A DNA stretch of 63,753 bases, filler included, from Nemertoderma westbladi (taxonomy: Eukaryota; Animalia; Xenacoelomorpha), in assembly GCA_032718475.1 (NCBI GenBank). It is 3 parts of 3 records of this genome, joined end to end, with 100 filler letters (N's around TTAATTAATTAA, not from the genome) between each part and the next. Parts side by side here need not be neighbours in the genome. Positions count along the whole stretch, not along the records: positions 1 to 29,003 come from JAUCBJ010000078.1; positions 29,104 to 55,526 come from JAUCBJ010000224.1; 1 more part is not named here. One strand, 5' to 3'. The notes beneath the pieces are model-generated. The model was given only the letters and a program-made list of their open reading frames with translations, did not search any database and had not been told where the DNA came from. Positions 20,376-33,770 of this stretch are shown here, in pieces. Within the stretch, counting starts at the first letter, position 1. Each line of letters opens with the position of its first letter. The translations under genes were made by a program, and so were the position numbers.

Positions 20376-21692
20376 TATTATTCAGAGTTTATGCGATTAT
20401 CCGCAACATTCATTCCCCAAGTTTGTTCCTACAGTAATTGTGTTTGTTATACATACCGCTATAGTTAAATTAACCCCGGTACTACACGGGCTGCTTGGCG
20501 TAGGTAAAGACTGGTGATTTTGTGCATCGGTCACTCCAGCAGATGCCGTGGTTCTTTATGCTGTTCAAGTATATTTAACTACTGATTATCTGTTGTACAA
20601 GTACTCGTACCTAATTTAGGGTTTAGTGTACAGTACTTTCCGAAGTAATTAGTGTAGGCATTATATTTGTGTTGTAAAGTGGTTGATAGGCACGTTCGAT
20701 TAGCTCTATTAACTTCTAGGTAGGAACACTCCGTGATACATAACGTAGAACCTATAGCGATACGGCTATAGGTCGTCAGGCGGTGGTATTTTTCTATCTG
20801 GACAATGCAGTGTATTTACTACTACTTATTATTTCAAATACCGTAGTACCCTGTCCATTGTAATAACCAGAATTCTAACCCTTTGTTAGGCTGGTTTGTA
20901 GACTTCTTGTAAAATTACCCTAAAAATTTCGTATTTTGTGTTTTTGTAAATTTTTGTGTTTATTTAGAGATTGTAATCTCACCCGAATTGTACGTAATTT
21001 GTAGTATTAAGTAACTTAGGTAAATTAGTATTATTTGTTTTAGTGTCCTGTACGTAACACTTCACTGAAAGCATACCGCTTTGTGTAGTGATTACCCCAG
21101 AAATAATAACATTTATTTCAAAAATTGACTAAACCCATTAAAACGGGTATATATATATTATAAATCAAATCTAACGATTTATAAATAGTAGGCCTACCAT
21201 ATAACAATTAGGTCTCAATATCAGTTGGACTACTGCTTAAATAACGGTAATAAAGTAAGTTAAAGTAACCAAGTAACCCTAAAGTTCAGAAATTCAATTA
21301 TTCTAAAATAATTGATATACCGGTATTTACGATAGGCCTATTATCTTTATTTCTGTAAATTTTAGGCTTACATTATACCGGTACTTGTAATTAATTCTAG
21401 TCCAGAATTATATATACTATAAACTGTAAGCTGTGTACCGGTATTCCCGATAGGCCTATTATATATTTATATATACTTGTGCTAAAATTATACCGGTATT
21501 CTGCGATAAACCTAGTCTGTAATAATACTTATATATACTATAAGTATACCGGTATTCTAATATATTATATATATATCACGCTACACTGAGTAGCAGTACC
21601 GGTAATTAATTATTAGGCTAGCAGTTAATACTGAGTTACTAGACTTGCTCAGACTGTGATACAGCAGTAGACATTCAACTGTATACATAAAC

Positions 21693-24600
21693 ATGTCTGA
21701 TACTAAGCAGAACCTGTCAGACAGTATATTAGATGTAACTATCTGCGACTCAGATAGAGACGTACAACCGTCTGGTCGTAAGTTCAGTTCACCTCCCACT
21801 GTGAGGAAGGTCATCCCTCCAGTAGTAATAACAGAACCTAGGCTAGTCCAACATCGTAGGTCTATCATAGGCACTCGAGCTCAGGTCAAGCGGGACCAAG
21901 AAGCGGCGGAACAGCAACAACCCGCGAGTCAAGAACTTATTCCTCAGCGGCCCAGCAGCTCCAGTAGTGAGGATACTGTAGAGCTGACACCCGAGCGCGG
22001 AGCAGAGATGACGGATGCGGTTTATACGGATCCCCTTCTCATCCTTCCTGCAGCCGTACTCACTAGGTTATTGATCGCGGTGGAAGAACACCAGATCGAT
22101 TGGGCGAGGAGTCAACGATCAACTAGAGATAGTTATGCGGGGTACACGAGGGAAGAATTGAAGTCTATTGTCGAGTCGCAATGGAACTTCCCCGGACCCG
22201 GACTCCCGTTTGATTTATCAGAAGCTGCCTGGGAAGACATACACCGGATGGGAGTAGCCAAGGAAACCATCGATCCAGCTGTATGGAAGAGGTCCGCAGC
22301 CGGATACGCACAGGGATTCTTCAGCTCTATGGAGCGAGTAGAAAGACAACTGTTTAAACAACCTCAAGGACCTCAAGAGCAGGGACAGCTGCTTTATCAA
22401 GTTAGAGAAAGAGTTCTGCGAATTAGGCTAATCTTATCCGCCTTTGAGGAGGCTTCTAAAAGAAGACAAGACACGTCGTTGCAAGTTGCCGTAAAGACTT
22501 GGCTTCAAAGGGTGAGACGCCAGGTTCAAGGAGCAGCTCAGTGGAAAGCTCAGTTGGAGGAGCGCTCAACACATGGAGAATCGACGGACGCTACTTTTTC
22601 CCAAGTGGAAAGTGAAGCGACGGCAGAGAAACCGCATAAGAAGGATGCCATTGATATCTATCTGTCAGACTATCAGCGTTTTTTGGGAGATGAAGAGTTG
22701 AGGAGAAGGCTAGAGGGACTTAGCCCTAATAGCGAAGGAGCCAAACTTGTGTTAGATGCGATTGATGTGGATAGGTTAGCGGCGAACCAAGCTAAATTCG
22801 ATGAACAACTCCGCATCGCTAGAGAAAAGGAAGAACAAGTAAGGAAAAAACGTATAGAAGATAGAAAGACAGCAGCGGCGGCAGTGGCAGCGGCAGAAGC
22901 GGAAAGAAAGGCAGCAGAGGCAGCGGCAGAGGCAAAAGCGGCAGCTGCAGCCGTAGAAGCGGAAAGGAAAGCGGCAGCAGCAGAGGCAAAAGCGGCAGCT
23001 GCAGCCGTAGAAGCGGAAAGGAAAGCGGCAGCGGCAGAGGCAAAAGCGGCAGCTGCAGCCGTAGAAGCGGAAAGGAAAGCGGCAGCGGCAGAAGCGGAAA
23101 GAAAGATAGCAGTGGCAGAAGCAGAACGGAGGGCATCTGAAGAGACAACCCAACTAGAGTTGGAAAATCTTCAAGAGAGGCAAGATAACTTTAATAAACA
23201 GTTAACAGCTAGTAATATGCAGATGATGAATCGATCTACTCCCAAACGACAAGGTTATACATCATCTGAGGAAGGCGATACCACCGACACTGAAGGCGGA
23301 GGAAATCGATCCCGCCTAAGCAGACGTAAAAGAACATTCCACCGTCAGAAATTGCCTGATTTGCCTCCAGCTGTTAGAAGGCAACTAAATAACACCAACT
23401 TAGAGAGTACAGAACCCACAGACCAAATAATTACAATAGAAAGACTCCCTACTATAGTAGATGAGCCTGAAATAAGTAGGCCTGTTCTTGAAATCACCCC
23501 TTCGGTAATAGATACACCTGTGCTCCCTGAAGCTACCTATAAATTCCCTCTGCATAGCACTAAGCTACCTGTGCCCCGTAGAACTGCCCAGGAGACAGTT
23601 CAGGTCCTGGACCCCGAGCGAAATATTCCAAATTTGTCGCCCGTTGTCCCTCGTCTGCCCGCTACGACGTTGGCGGATCCCGTTTCGGCGGTTGATTGGG
23701 TAGATGAGAGACGGCGGGGGATGGATATTCTCCTAGGAGAGATGAGGGAGAATCGGATACGCTCTTCCCAACAGGTCCGAGAGTTGGAAGGGACTGTCCA
23801 ACATTTAAAGGGAACAGTGAGGGAAAGTAAGTTAGAGTTGCAAGAAGTGCAGCAAAATATCGCGCTAGAGCGCGATAAATTAGTAAATTTACAAAAGGGT
23901 ATACCACCACCCTCTGTTACAATGTGTCAACCTGTTAGGTCTGAAGTATCTCATGCGCAAGGTGTGGAGCCTACATGCATATATACTGCTAGCGAAGTAG
24001 AAACTCCTATAGTGAACCCTATTAAGGGTAATTATAGACCTGTTGATAATGATATTCCATATAGAACTGATCATAATCCGAGAAATTTATATACCGATAA
24101 CTCGATATTAAATAACACGATGGCCCAAGAAAGTTTTACGCGTCGAAGCCCGGCAAGCGGTAAAGGTGGGAGAGATCGTCAAGTTCAATGGAGATGAGAT
24201 GAAATGGTTACCTTTTAATGAATATTACAAAGATAACATACAGAACTCTGTGCTATCTAATGGAGAGAAACTTAGATTCCTCATCGAGTGCTTGGAAGGA
24301 TCTCCCAAGTCAATGGCGTTAAAATTTATTGGACATCCAGATGGATTAAGACAAGTTTGGGATACACTAAACATCAGGTATGGTAATAGGACTAACATAG
24401 CTAGGTATTTATATGCGAAATTAATGGCGCCCCGAAAGTTTCTTAGCAGCGGGATTATAGAGTTTTCCGATGAGATTCAGGAGATCTGTAGACAACTAGA
24501 TTGGTTAGGTAAGTCTCATGAATACCAGAATTCTATGGTTGTAGGAGCCTTAGCATCTACTTTGCCCAAGGGTGGAGTAGGTACACGCTGGGACAAGAAG

Positions 24601-24894
24601 GTGTTATATATGATGGAACAACAACGACGAGACCCTACCATGGCTGATCTCATGTCATTCCTAGATAGAGAAGTGAAATTACAGCTCCTAAGGCAGTCCA
24701 GAGAGAAGACATCGGAAAACAAGGTAAGTGAGAAACCCGTTTCTAGGAGAAGGGTAACACCAGTATGTTATACCGACGACGGTGAAAGCCAAACTTCTCA
24801 AGGAGAAGATAGCGGGAAAGACACTGATAGATCTTATTATGTCAATAAAATGCCTAAAGATCAGGTAAGTAAATTCAAGTCTCGAGTCAAATGA
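21693..24894 (+). CDS. BEL/Pao Gag: long N-terminal extension and DUF1759-like capsid region (one frameshift near 24130)
   Basis: 834-aa ORF followed by a +1-frame ORF with VKFNGDEMKW...LSNGEKLRFL..CLEG. Removing one A in GAAAGTT would join them. Confidence 0.82.
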
Positions 24895-24946
24895 CAGGAG
24901 AGAACAGGTAAGAAAAACTCCTCCCACGTCTCCCAAGAGAATTCAG

Positions 24947-27900
24947 GTGAGAAAGCCCGAAGAAAGGGCAAGTGTACACAATGTGACTCAGAATAAGGTA
25001 AGTAACATCAAACCGAAATGTGCGCTGTGCGACGGGACCCACTATTTGAATAGGTGTGATGAATTTCTAAAGAAATCATTAACGGAGAGACGCGAAGTTA
25101 TGTGGGATAAGCGGTTATGTTATAATTGCCTCAGACAAGGACACCAACGGCGAACCTGTTTCTCTGACAAAAGGTGTGCAAAGTGTGGTGCGAAACATCA
25201 TATCTTGTTGCACGCTGAATTCGATCGAAATAGTCCGAATCAGGTAAGTGATTCCGAGCTACATGTCCAATTCAGTGATGTGAACGACACTGATCAATCT
25301 GAGATGGAAGGATTCTATACAGACGAGTTCTCCGACGAAAACGAATCCTGTTATATGATAAATACCGCAGTGTATCGAGCACTCACCTATGAAAAGGATC
25401 CAGACAACGACTTCACTCTAACTACTTCTGAACGACAACCATCTTGGAAAGAGCCATCTTCCAATGTAGGGATCCGAGAGTTTCCTGTGGTGCAAGTAAG
25501 GGTGCACGGACCTAAACGGAGTTATGTAGTGAACGCCCTCCTTGACTCCGGTAGTACAGGAACATTCATCGACAAAGAGCTAGCCGAAGATATATTTGCT
25601 GGACAACCCAAGTTCCAAACTAAGCTCAACATGTCAGGCATTATGCAAGTTTGGAAATCTACAATTACAGCGGATTATTATGTAGGAGCGTTGTCCACCC
25701 CCCAGGACGAACTAGGAGAAAACAGCATAAGGTCAGTGAAAATGGTGGCTATAAAGAACTTCGCTACTACTCAAGCAGACCTTTATAATTGGGACGAGGA
25801 TGAGAGCATCCAACATCTTAACATACCTCGATTTCAGACTGATTATCCTGGAGTGCAAATACTCATCGGCCAAAACGCGCATGAGGCGCTGGAGACGTTA
25901 GAGAAACGGCCTGCTCAACCGCAGCCCCTACAGACCTATGCGGTAAGAACTAGAGTAGGTTGGTACTTTACTGGCCCTTCCCGTAGAACACTCAGAGAAA
26001 GACTACCGCAAGAGAGAGTCTGCCAGGTGAGTGAATGGGAAGATGATGCTAGTGAGGGAGACGATTCAACTGAGGGAATTCCATACTCCTCAGATAATGA
26101 CGATGTTCACCAGCTTTTTGATGAGGAGAATACCATCGATCTCCTTAAAGAAAACGAGGCTTGGCAAAACCAAGTGAACTTATGTCAACTTCTCTATCCA
26201 TCTGAACGAGAAGCTTATAACGACGAGTTAAATGACGTCATTGAGCGTCATAATGCCAAGATTCGGGATGAACATGCCGTACGATTCTTTACGCAAGAGG
26301 CGGTAGAGCCCAATTCCTACGATAAAGCCTTGTCGGTGGAAGAGGAAAGGGCCAAGCAGATCCAAGAGACAACTACATGTTTCCTCAAAGATCAAGGTAG
26401 GTATGAAGTCGGTTTACCTTTCCGCAAGAAAGAACCGAAGTTCATCAATAACAGACCTTTGGCGGAAAAAAGAATCGCGCAACTCCATCGACGCCTTACG
26501 GCTAATTCTTCAGCGAAAGCCATGTATCAAACACAGCTGGAAAAATTTATTAATAAGGGATACGCGGAGAGAGTACCGGAAGAAACACCTGTGACTGAAA
26601 GAACGTATTATTTAACTCACCATTACGTTCCTAAACCCGGTAAACCACACGAAGTGAGAGTAGTGTTTGATGGCTCCGCTCTTTACATGGGTCAATCCCT
26701 TAACTCTGAATTGTTACCCGGACCCAACTTGCTTCAATCTTTGTTGGGAATTCTTTTAAGATTGAGACAATATTCGATTGCTTTCGCCTCCGATATAGAA
26801 GGCATGTTCTTACAAGTCAAGGTGTTAGATAGGGATCGAGATAGTCTACGATTTCTGTGGTGGCCCGAAGGAGACCTCAACCAGAAACCGGTGGAGTACT
26901 GGATGACCATCCAGGCCTTTGGGATAATCTCAAGCCCTTCCAACGCCTGTTCGGTAGTGCGTACCACTGCAGAGGACAACAGAGAGGCCTTCTCTAAGGA
27001 AGTGATCGACAACATCAAGAGAGACATATACATGGACGACAATCTGAAGTCCCTTCCATCAGTTGAGGAAGCCATTGAGGTCGCTAAAGGAACGGTAGAG
27101 TGCTTAAAAAGAGGTGGTTTTCGATTAACAAAATTCACCAGCAACTCCCGTGAGTTTCTGGAGTCGATTCCTGCGGAAGATCGAGGAGCGAAAGATCTCG
27201 ATTTGATCAAAGATGATCTGCCAGAAACCAAGACACTCGGCTTGAAATGGGACACAGAGCGAGATATCCTGTTTTTCCAATTAAAACAGCGAGATAATCC
27301 AGTTCGAACCAAACGGATTTGCTTAAGTATACTGAGCACTTATTTCGATCCATTGGGATTTATTAGCCCAGTTATATTGATTGCTCGTAGTTTGGTACAA
27401 CAAATGTGGCTTGAAAACCACTCATGGGACGATCCACTTAAGGGGGAATTATTGAAGCAGTGGATGAAGTGGGAAGATTCGCTGCCAGCTATCGAAGATT
27501 TTATAATTTCCCGCTCATATTTTGGTCATGTTCTCCCTACGTATTCCTATCAACTCCATGTGTTTGGAGACGCCAGCGATATGGGAATCGGTATAGTAGC
27601 CTACTTAAGAGTGGAAACTCCGGATGGAATCAAAGTCGCCTTGGTTACTTCTAAGGCATTAATCAACAACAAGTTGAAAGTTCCTCGAGCGGAGTTGAAA
27701 GCGGCTCTATACGCTACAGCCATCGGCCGGAATGTAACCGAACAGATTGACTATCCATTAGAGAAAACTGTCTATTGGACCGACGCTTTACTCGTGTTAG
27801 AGTATATAACCAATGAAGTCTGTCAGTTCAGCGTCTTCGTTACCAACAGGGTAGCCATCATACTTAGTCGCACGACGATGGACCAATGGAGACATTGCCC

Positions 27901-29003
27901 CGGAACGATTAATCCAGCAGACATCGCGTCCCGAGGAGCGACTCCAAAGGAATTGGTAAATACTCCCGAATGGTTAGGAGGACCCGACTTTCTCTACAGG
28001 GAAGAAGAAGAATGGCCTCCTCATCTCACAACAGCAGAGATCAGACAGGCCAAGGGAGCGGAGAAAGTTAAACCCAAAACTCGAGCGAGTAAATCGAAGT
28101 TGTTTAAACCTGCGGTTGATCTATCTGTATTATTTACTTCCGGAGATGATGCTTTGGATCAGAAACCCACCGCCACGACGAGAGAAGTCTTGGAAATCCG
28201 TGACAAGGATTGGAAATCTGGAATACCAGATATTTCGCAAGGACTCTCACCTCTCTTGCAGCGAGCGATACGTCACTACAGTTCCTGGAATCGGCTCTGT
28301 AAAGCTGTTACCTATTTGAAACGATGTTTTCATCATCGTTACTCCGGGACAAAGACCAATAGTGATGATGCTCCATCAACATCTGCAAGAGTCCATGTTG
28401 TTAAAGATCTTCCTAAATACAAGATATCCGACAGGTTTCTAAAGGAGAAGATCAGTTACCAGGAGCATGATGAAACCAACAAACAGATGCTGAGACTTCT
28501 ACAATGTTATGAGGATTCCGATAAGTATTTCCTGTTGTTAAGAAATCCGCAGATGCGCTTAAGGGATCGCTTCTCTAGTACCATGATAGATGGGTTAATA
28601 CGTGTTGGGGGTCGGCTAACAAACGCCCCATTATCCTTTGACACTAAGTTTCCCATACTTATTAGAAATCTTGACATACAAATCAAGATAATTGTAGATG
28701 TTCATAGCAAACTGTACCATGCTGGTAGAGAACGAGTTCTGAGCGAAATTCGAACTCGCTACTATTTTTATAAACCCCGTAGGGCTCTGAACCAAGTTCT
28801 TAGGAACTGCATACCCTGTAGGAAAGCATTCAGTAGGCCTTTAACACAGCGAGAGGCAGAATTACCTAGGGAAAGAGTAAGCTTCTATGAACCACCCTTT
28901 ACTAATACCGGTGTGGATTTATTTGGCCCTATTGAAGTATATCGTGCCCGGACTATAGTCAAGAGATGGTGTGTCATCTTCGTTTGTATGACTTGTAGAG
29001 CTA
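24947..29003 (+). CDS. BEL/Pao zinc knuckles and Pol (protease, RT, RNase H, integrase start)
   Basis: CALCDGTHYLNRC, CYNCLRQGHQRRTC, CAKCGAKHH; LLDSGS; DIEGMF, YMDD; HVFGDAS, YWTD, NPADIASRG; HAG...CIPC, GVDLFGP. Confidence 0.95.
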
Positions 29004-29103
29004 NNNNNNNNNNNNNNNNNNNNNNNNNNNNNNNNNNNNNNNNNNNNTTAATTAATTAANNNNNNNNNNNNNNNNNNNNNNNNNNNNNNNNNNNNNNNNN
29101 NNN
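29004..29103. other. Artificial contig spacer (N44-TTAATTAATTAA-N44)
   Basis: Exactly 100 nt, with stop codons in all six frames in the middle. Confidence 0.97.
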
Positions 29104-29320
29104 GCAACTCGTAGTTGGGTTTCGGCAACTCGGGGTTGCCTTTCGCCGAACTGAAATCGCGTTTCGGCAACTCGTAGTTGGGTTTCAGCAACTCGTAGTT
29201 GCATTTCGGCAACTCGGGGTTGCATTTCGACGAACTAAAGTCGCGTTTCGGCAACTCGTAGTTGGGTTTCGGCAACTCGTTGTTGCATATCAGCGAACTG
29301 AAATCGCGTTTCGGCAACTA
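29104..29320. repeat. 21-bp-subunit minisatellite at the contig edge
   Basis: Variants GCAACTCGTAGTTGGGTTTCG, GCAACTCGGGGTTGCATTTCG and CGAACTGAAATCGCGTTTCG. Confidence 0.85.
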
Positions 29321-29719
29321 CAGTATGTCACAAACCCTCGTATGTAATGTAACTATTATTTAGGACATGTATCTAACTAAATGATAAATGATGACAAGTT
29401 TAAAAGTTAGTTATAGTTATAGATGGCAGAGTTGTTAATTTGTCAATTATATGTGTTTATTGCCGGTTTGCACATATTGTATGGCAGTAATAAAATATGA
29501 TTTTGTGGTCTATTTGATAAATGTGGAATAGTTTACCATCCGTTACATTCCATCCGTGACGCTGGACAGCAGCTTCTCTGCTTGCGTCGAATTTTCCCTG
29601 GAGAGGGATGAATTTTTATTACGTCGAAAGTCTCCCCACCCCCCACCCCCCCCCCCCCCCCCTTTATTATTAGAATATAATATGACAGTCAGTGTCAGAG
29701 GAGGTAGACAACCTCAATA

Positions 29720-29980
29720 TTTTAACAGCCCAGTACTCAGTCACTCTGGTCTACAAACCCAGAACCACGATCTGGGAACCCAAGAGCTTTTAACAGCCCA
29801 GTACTCAGTCACTCTGGTCTACAAACCCAGAACCACGATCTGGGAACTCAACAGCTTTTAAAAGCCCAGTACTCAGTCACTCTGGTCTACAAACATAGAA
29901 CCGCGATCTGGGAACGCAACAGGTTTTAACAGCCCAGTACTCAGTCACTCTGGTCTACAAACATAGAACAGCGATCTGTA
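29720..29980. repeat. ~68-bp tandem repeat, 4 copies
   Basis: AGCCCAGTACTCAGTCACTCTGGTCTACAAAC repeated 4 times. Confidence 0.9.
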
Positions 29981-30206
29981 ATTGTATTATCTGTAAGTTT
30001 GCAAAATACGTAAGTCCATATCCATAAATATTAATATTAAATAGTTCTTCCCATGTATGTTTGAGTTTTAACTGCTCGCATGATGGCAATAGTGTAGAAT
30101 GTACTATGGTACATGGTACGTTAAATTGTAATTGACACATATTATTGTTTTAGTAGGATGCAGGAACAGTGTATCATGCATTGTATTAAGAAATAATATT
30201 TAAATT

Positions 30207-32132
30207 GAATCCGCGTTTTACCCTCCTTACCGGATCCAATAACACTTTGTGACTAATTAATTTGAATACACATTTTACACCCCTTATCAGATTCATTAAT
30301 ATTTTGTAATTAATTTGAATCCGCGTTTTACACACCTATCCAGATCCATTACAACTTGGTACTTACAACTCGAATCCGCGTTTTACACACCTATCCAGAT
30401 CCATTACTACTTGGTACTTACAACTCGAATCCGCGTTTTACACACCTATCCAGATCCATTACAACTTGGTACTTACTACTCGAATCCGCGTTTTACACAC
30501 CTATCCAGATCCATTACAACTTGGTACTTACAACTCGAATCCGCGTTTTACACACCTATCCAGATCCATTACAACTTGGTATTTACTACTCGAATCCGCG
30601 TTTTACACACCTATCCAGATCCATTACAACTTGGTACTTACAACTCGAATCCGCGTTTTACACACCTATCCAGATCCATTACAACTTGGTACTTACAACT
30701 CGAATCCGCGTTTTACTAACCTATCCAGATCCATTACAACTTTGTACTTACAACTCGAATCCGCGTTTTACACACCTATCCAGATCCATTACAACTTGGT
30801 ACTTAAAACTCGAATCCGCGTTTTACATACCTATCCAGATCCATTACAACTTGGTACTTACAACTCGAATCCGCGTTTTACACACCTATCCAGATCCATT
30901 ACAACTTGGTACTTACAACTCGAATCCGCGTTTTACACACCTATCCAGATCCATTACTACTTGGTACTTACAACTCGAATCCGCGTTTTACACACCTATC
31001 CAGATCCATTACAACTTGGTACTTACAACTCGAATCCGCGTTTTACACACCTATCCAGATCCATTACTACTTGGTACTTACAACTCGAATCCGCGTTTTA
31101 CACACCTATCCAGATCCATTACAACTTGGTACTTACAACTCGAATCCGCGTTTTACACACCTATCCAGATCCATTACTACTTGGTACTTACAACTCGAAT
31201 CCGCGTTTTACACACCTATCCAGATCCATTACAACTTGGTACTTACAACTCGAATCCGCGTTTTACACACCTATCCAGATCCATTACCACTTGGTACTTA
31301 CAACTCGAATCCGCGTTTTACACACCTATCCAGATCCATTAAAACTTGGTACTTACAACTCTAATCCGCGTTTTACACACCTACCCAGATCCATTACTAC
31401 TTGGTACTTACAACTCGAATCCGCGTTTTACACACCTATCCAGATCCATTACAACTTGGTACTTACATCTCGAATCCGCGTTTTACACACCTATCCAGAT
31501 CCATTACTACTTGGTACTTACAACTCGAATCCGCGTTTTACACACCTATCCAGATCAATCACAACTTGGTACTTACAACTCGAATCCGCGTTTTACACAC
31601 CTATCCAGATCCATTACTACTTGGTACTTACAACTCGAATCCGCGTTTTACACACCTATCCAGATCCATCACAACTTGGTACTTACAACTCGAATCCGCG
31701 TTTTACACACCTATCCAGATCCATTACAACTTGGTACTTACAACTCGAATCCGCGTTTTACACACCTATCCAGATCCATTACAACTAGGTACTTACAACT
31801 CGAATCCGCGTTTTACACACCTATCCAGATCCATTACTACTTGGTACTTACAACTCGAATCCGCGTTTTACACACCTATCCAGATCCATTACTACTTAGT
31901 ACTTACAACTCGAATCCGCGTTTTACATACCTATCCAGATCCATTACAACTTGGTACTTACAACTCGAATCCGCGTTTTACACACCTATCCAGATCCATT
32001 ACTACTTGGTACTTACAACTCGAATCCGCGTTTTACATACCTATCCAGATCCATTACAACTTGGTACTTACAACTCGAATCCGCGTTTTACACACCTATC
32101 CAGATCCATTACAACTAGGTACTTACAACTCG
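30207..32132. repeat. 55-bp satellite, ~33 homogeneous copies plus 2 degenerate leading copies
   Basis: Unit GAATCCGCGTTTTACACACCTATCCAGATCCATTACAACTTGGTACTTACAACTC. Confidence 0.98.
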
Positions 32133-33442
32133 ATATTAGAGATTTATCCAAATTAATTCATCGCAGTGCGGGTTTTACAATATAATATGACAGTCAGTCT
32201 CAGAGGAGGTAGACAACCTCAATATTTTATTAAGGATATGAGTTTAGCTTGATTTAACTGTCAAAGCTTATTGTTGCAGTGCGTCTGGGATTTGGGATAC
32301 CTTAGACCAAACTGAAGGTCTGTTTACCACAGTTAGGAGAGGTTGAAAATGTATACATTTTTATTAAGCCTATTATTTTCACTTCACTACACTGCCTCCG
32401 AGCTATTTGCCACTGTGTGGCTTTTTTGGTTGGTTACCTCAGATCAAAGTGGTATAGTGTTTATATCAGTGGAGACATATCAGACTAAATCTTATATACT
32501 TCTCAGACTAACTGAATAGACAGACCTAGAGGAATACTGTTGACTGGAACTCCTGTATGATTGGTTCTTAGACGTTTATTGCTTAGGGAAGGAGTAAAAT
32601 TTTTTCTATATTAACTCATTAAAGTGAACATTGGCTTAGGTACCTTTTCACAGTTTTGTGTTTGTTATTGATTGTAAGTAATACAGTAATGGTACCCGTA
32701 GTAATTTGCTTGCTATTACATTATATAGAAATCATAGTTAATTTATGCATAGGTTGTACTGTATATAGACAAATACAAATACATTATGCTGTTATAGGAA
32801 ATGAAATAGTAACAAATCCTTTCTGCCTTTACTGCTTTAATCAGTTTATATCTGATAATCGCAAATTAACAGCATTCAGGCTTATTTTGTGAAAAACTCG
32901 TATTGTATATAAACAATAATGCTGATATGTTCATTAAGACCATAGGCCTTCAAGGATAGGATATTAACGGTATTTACTTAAATATTTATTATTTACTTTT
33001 AATTTAGGGTTTGCGATAATCAGATAATTGAGACAAAAACGCATTTAATTATATATTGATTTGATTTCAACGGATTCAGGTGAGTTGTCAATTTATATGG
33101 GGTCTATTAAGGATAATTAAAGTTCTTAACAATATTTATTATTTTAATGGCGGAATATCAACATTTTTTTCTATCTACTACGATTAATGACTTATTTTTT
33201 GTGGAACGACGTAAATTCTCCATGCTGCAAACTACCGCTGAACCACGAACAACGCAGCAATGCCCGCGCACTTTTTTCAGCAGTGCAATATTCTGCTTTT
33301 GGACAATATAACGCGCATTCACCGAAAAAACGCGCACACCAAACAGCCAAGCAATTAAATTCATACAAAGTAAATATATGTATAGGCCTAGCCCTGGTAG
33401 TTTAGTAAAGTTGGCCTATCTACACATTAAGTGTATCTCACC

Positions 33443-33770
33443 TGACTTCCGGATCCATGATCCCAGGTAACAGAAGTCATCCACATGCTCAAGCATGCCA
33501 TCTTTTGAGCTTATGCTGATCCGATCAGAGACTTGCTGAGGACTTTCAAAGTTAACTGTCAAAATTTTGGTCTTTCTGGAGTTAATAAAAAGACCAACAC
33601 TAGAGGCAGCATGTTCTAATGAGCTGAGGAGCCGTTGGGCTCCTTCTAGTGATTCTGAGAGTACTCCTAAGTCATCAGTAAAGTCATGACTTTCCTTAAA
33701 GGCCTGCTTAAGGAAACCAACTTTAGAACTCTGCGATGTTGCTGGGTCCGCCGGCAGTGCACATTAGTAC
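33443..33770. mobile_element. RTE-clade LINE remnant with a 5' inversion
   Basis: The minus strand 33687-33443 reads DFTDDLGVLSES...GLFINSRKTK...VDDFCYLGSWI. The plus strand from 33686 reads MTFLKGLLKET, like the RTE 3' end at 17905-18087. Confidence 0.75.

Larger units (their letters stand above)
18236..29003 (+). mobile_element. BEL/Pao LTR retrotransposon, truncated by the contig end in integrase
   Basis: LTR, 2.2-kb leader, gag and pol domains in BEL order. Confidence 0.93.

Noticed and set aside
24120-24200. Programmed frameshift between the gag ORFs
   Set aside because: One extra A in GAAAGTT restores a sensible frame, so a mutation or sequencing error is more likely.
30315-32185. Long repetitive ORFs of up to 440 aa
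   Set aside because: The 55-bp monomer happens to lack plus-strand stops, so all frames give the same permuted peptide; starts are non-ATG. This is a satellite artefact.
32270-32570. Possible exon remnants with AG/GT-like boundaries
   Set aside because: Contains stops and no recognisable domain.
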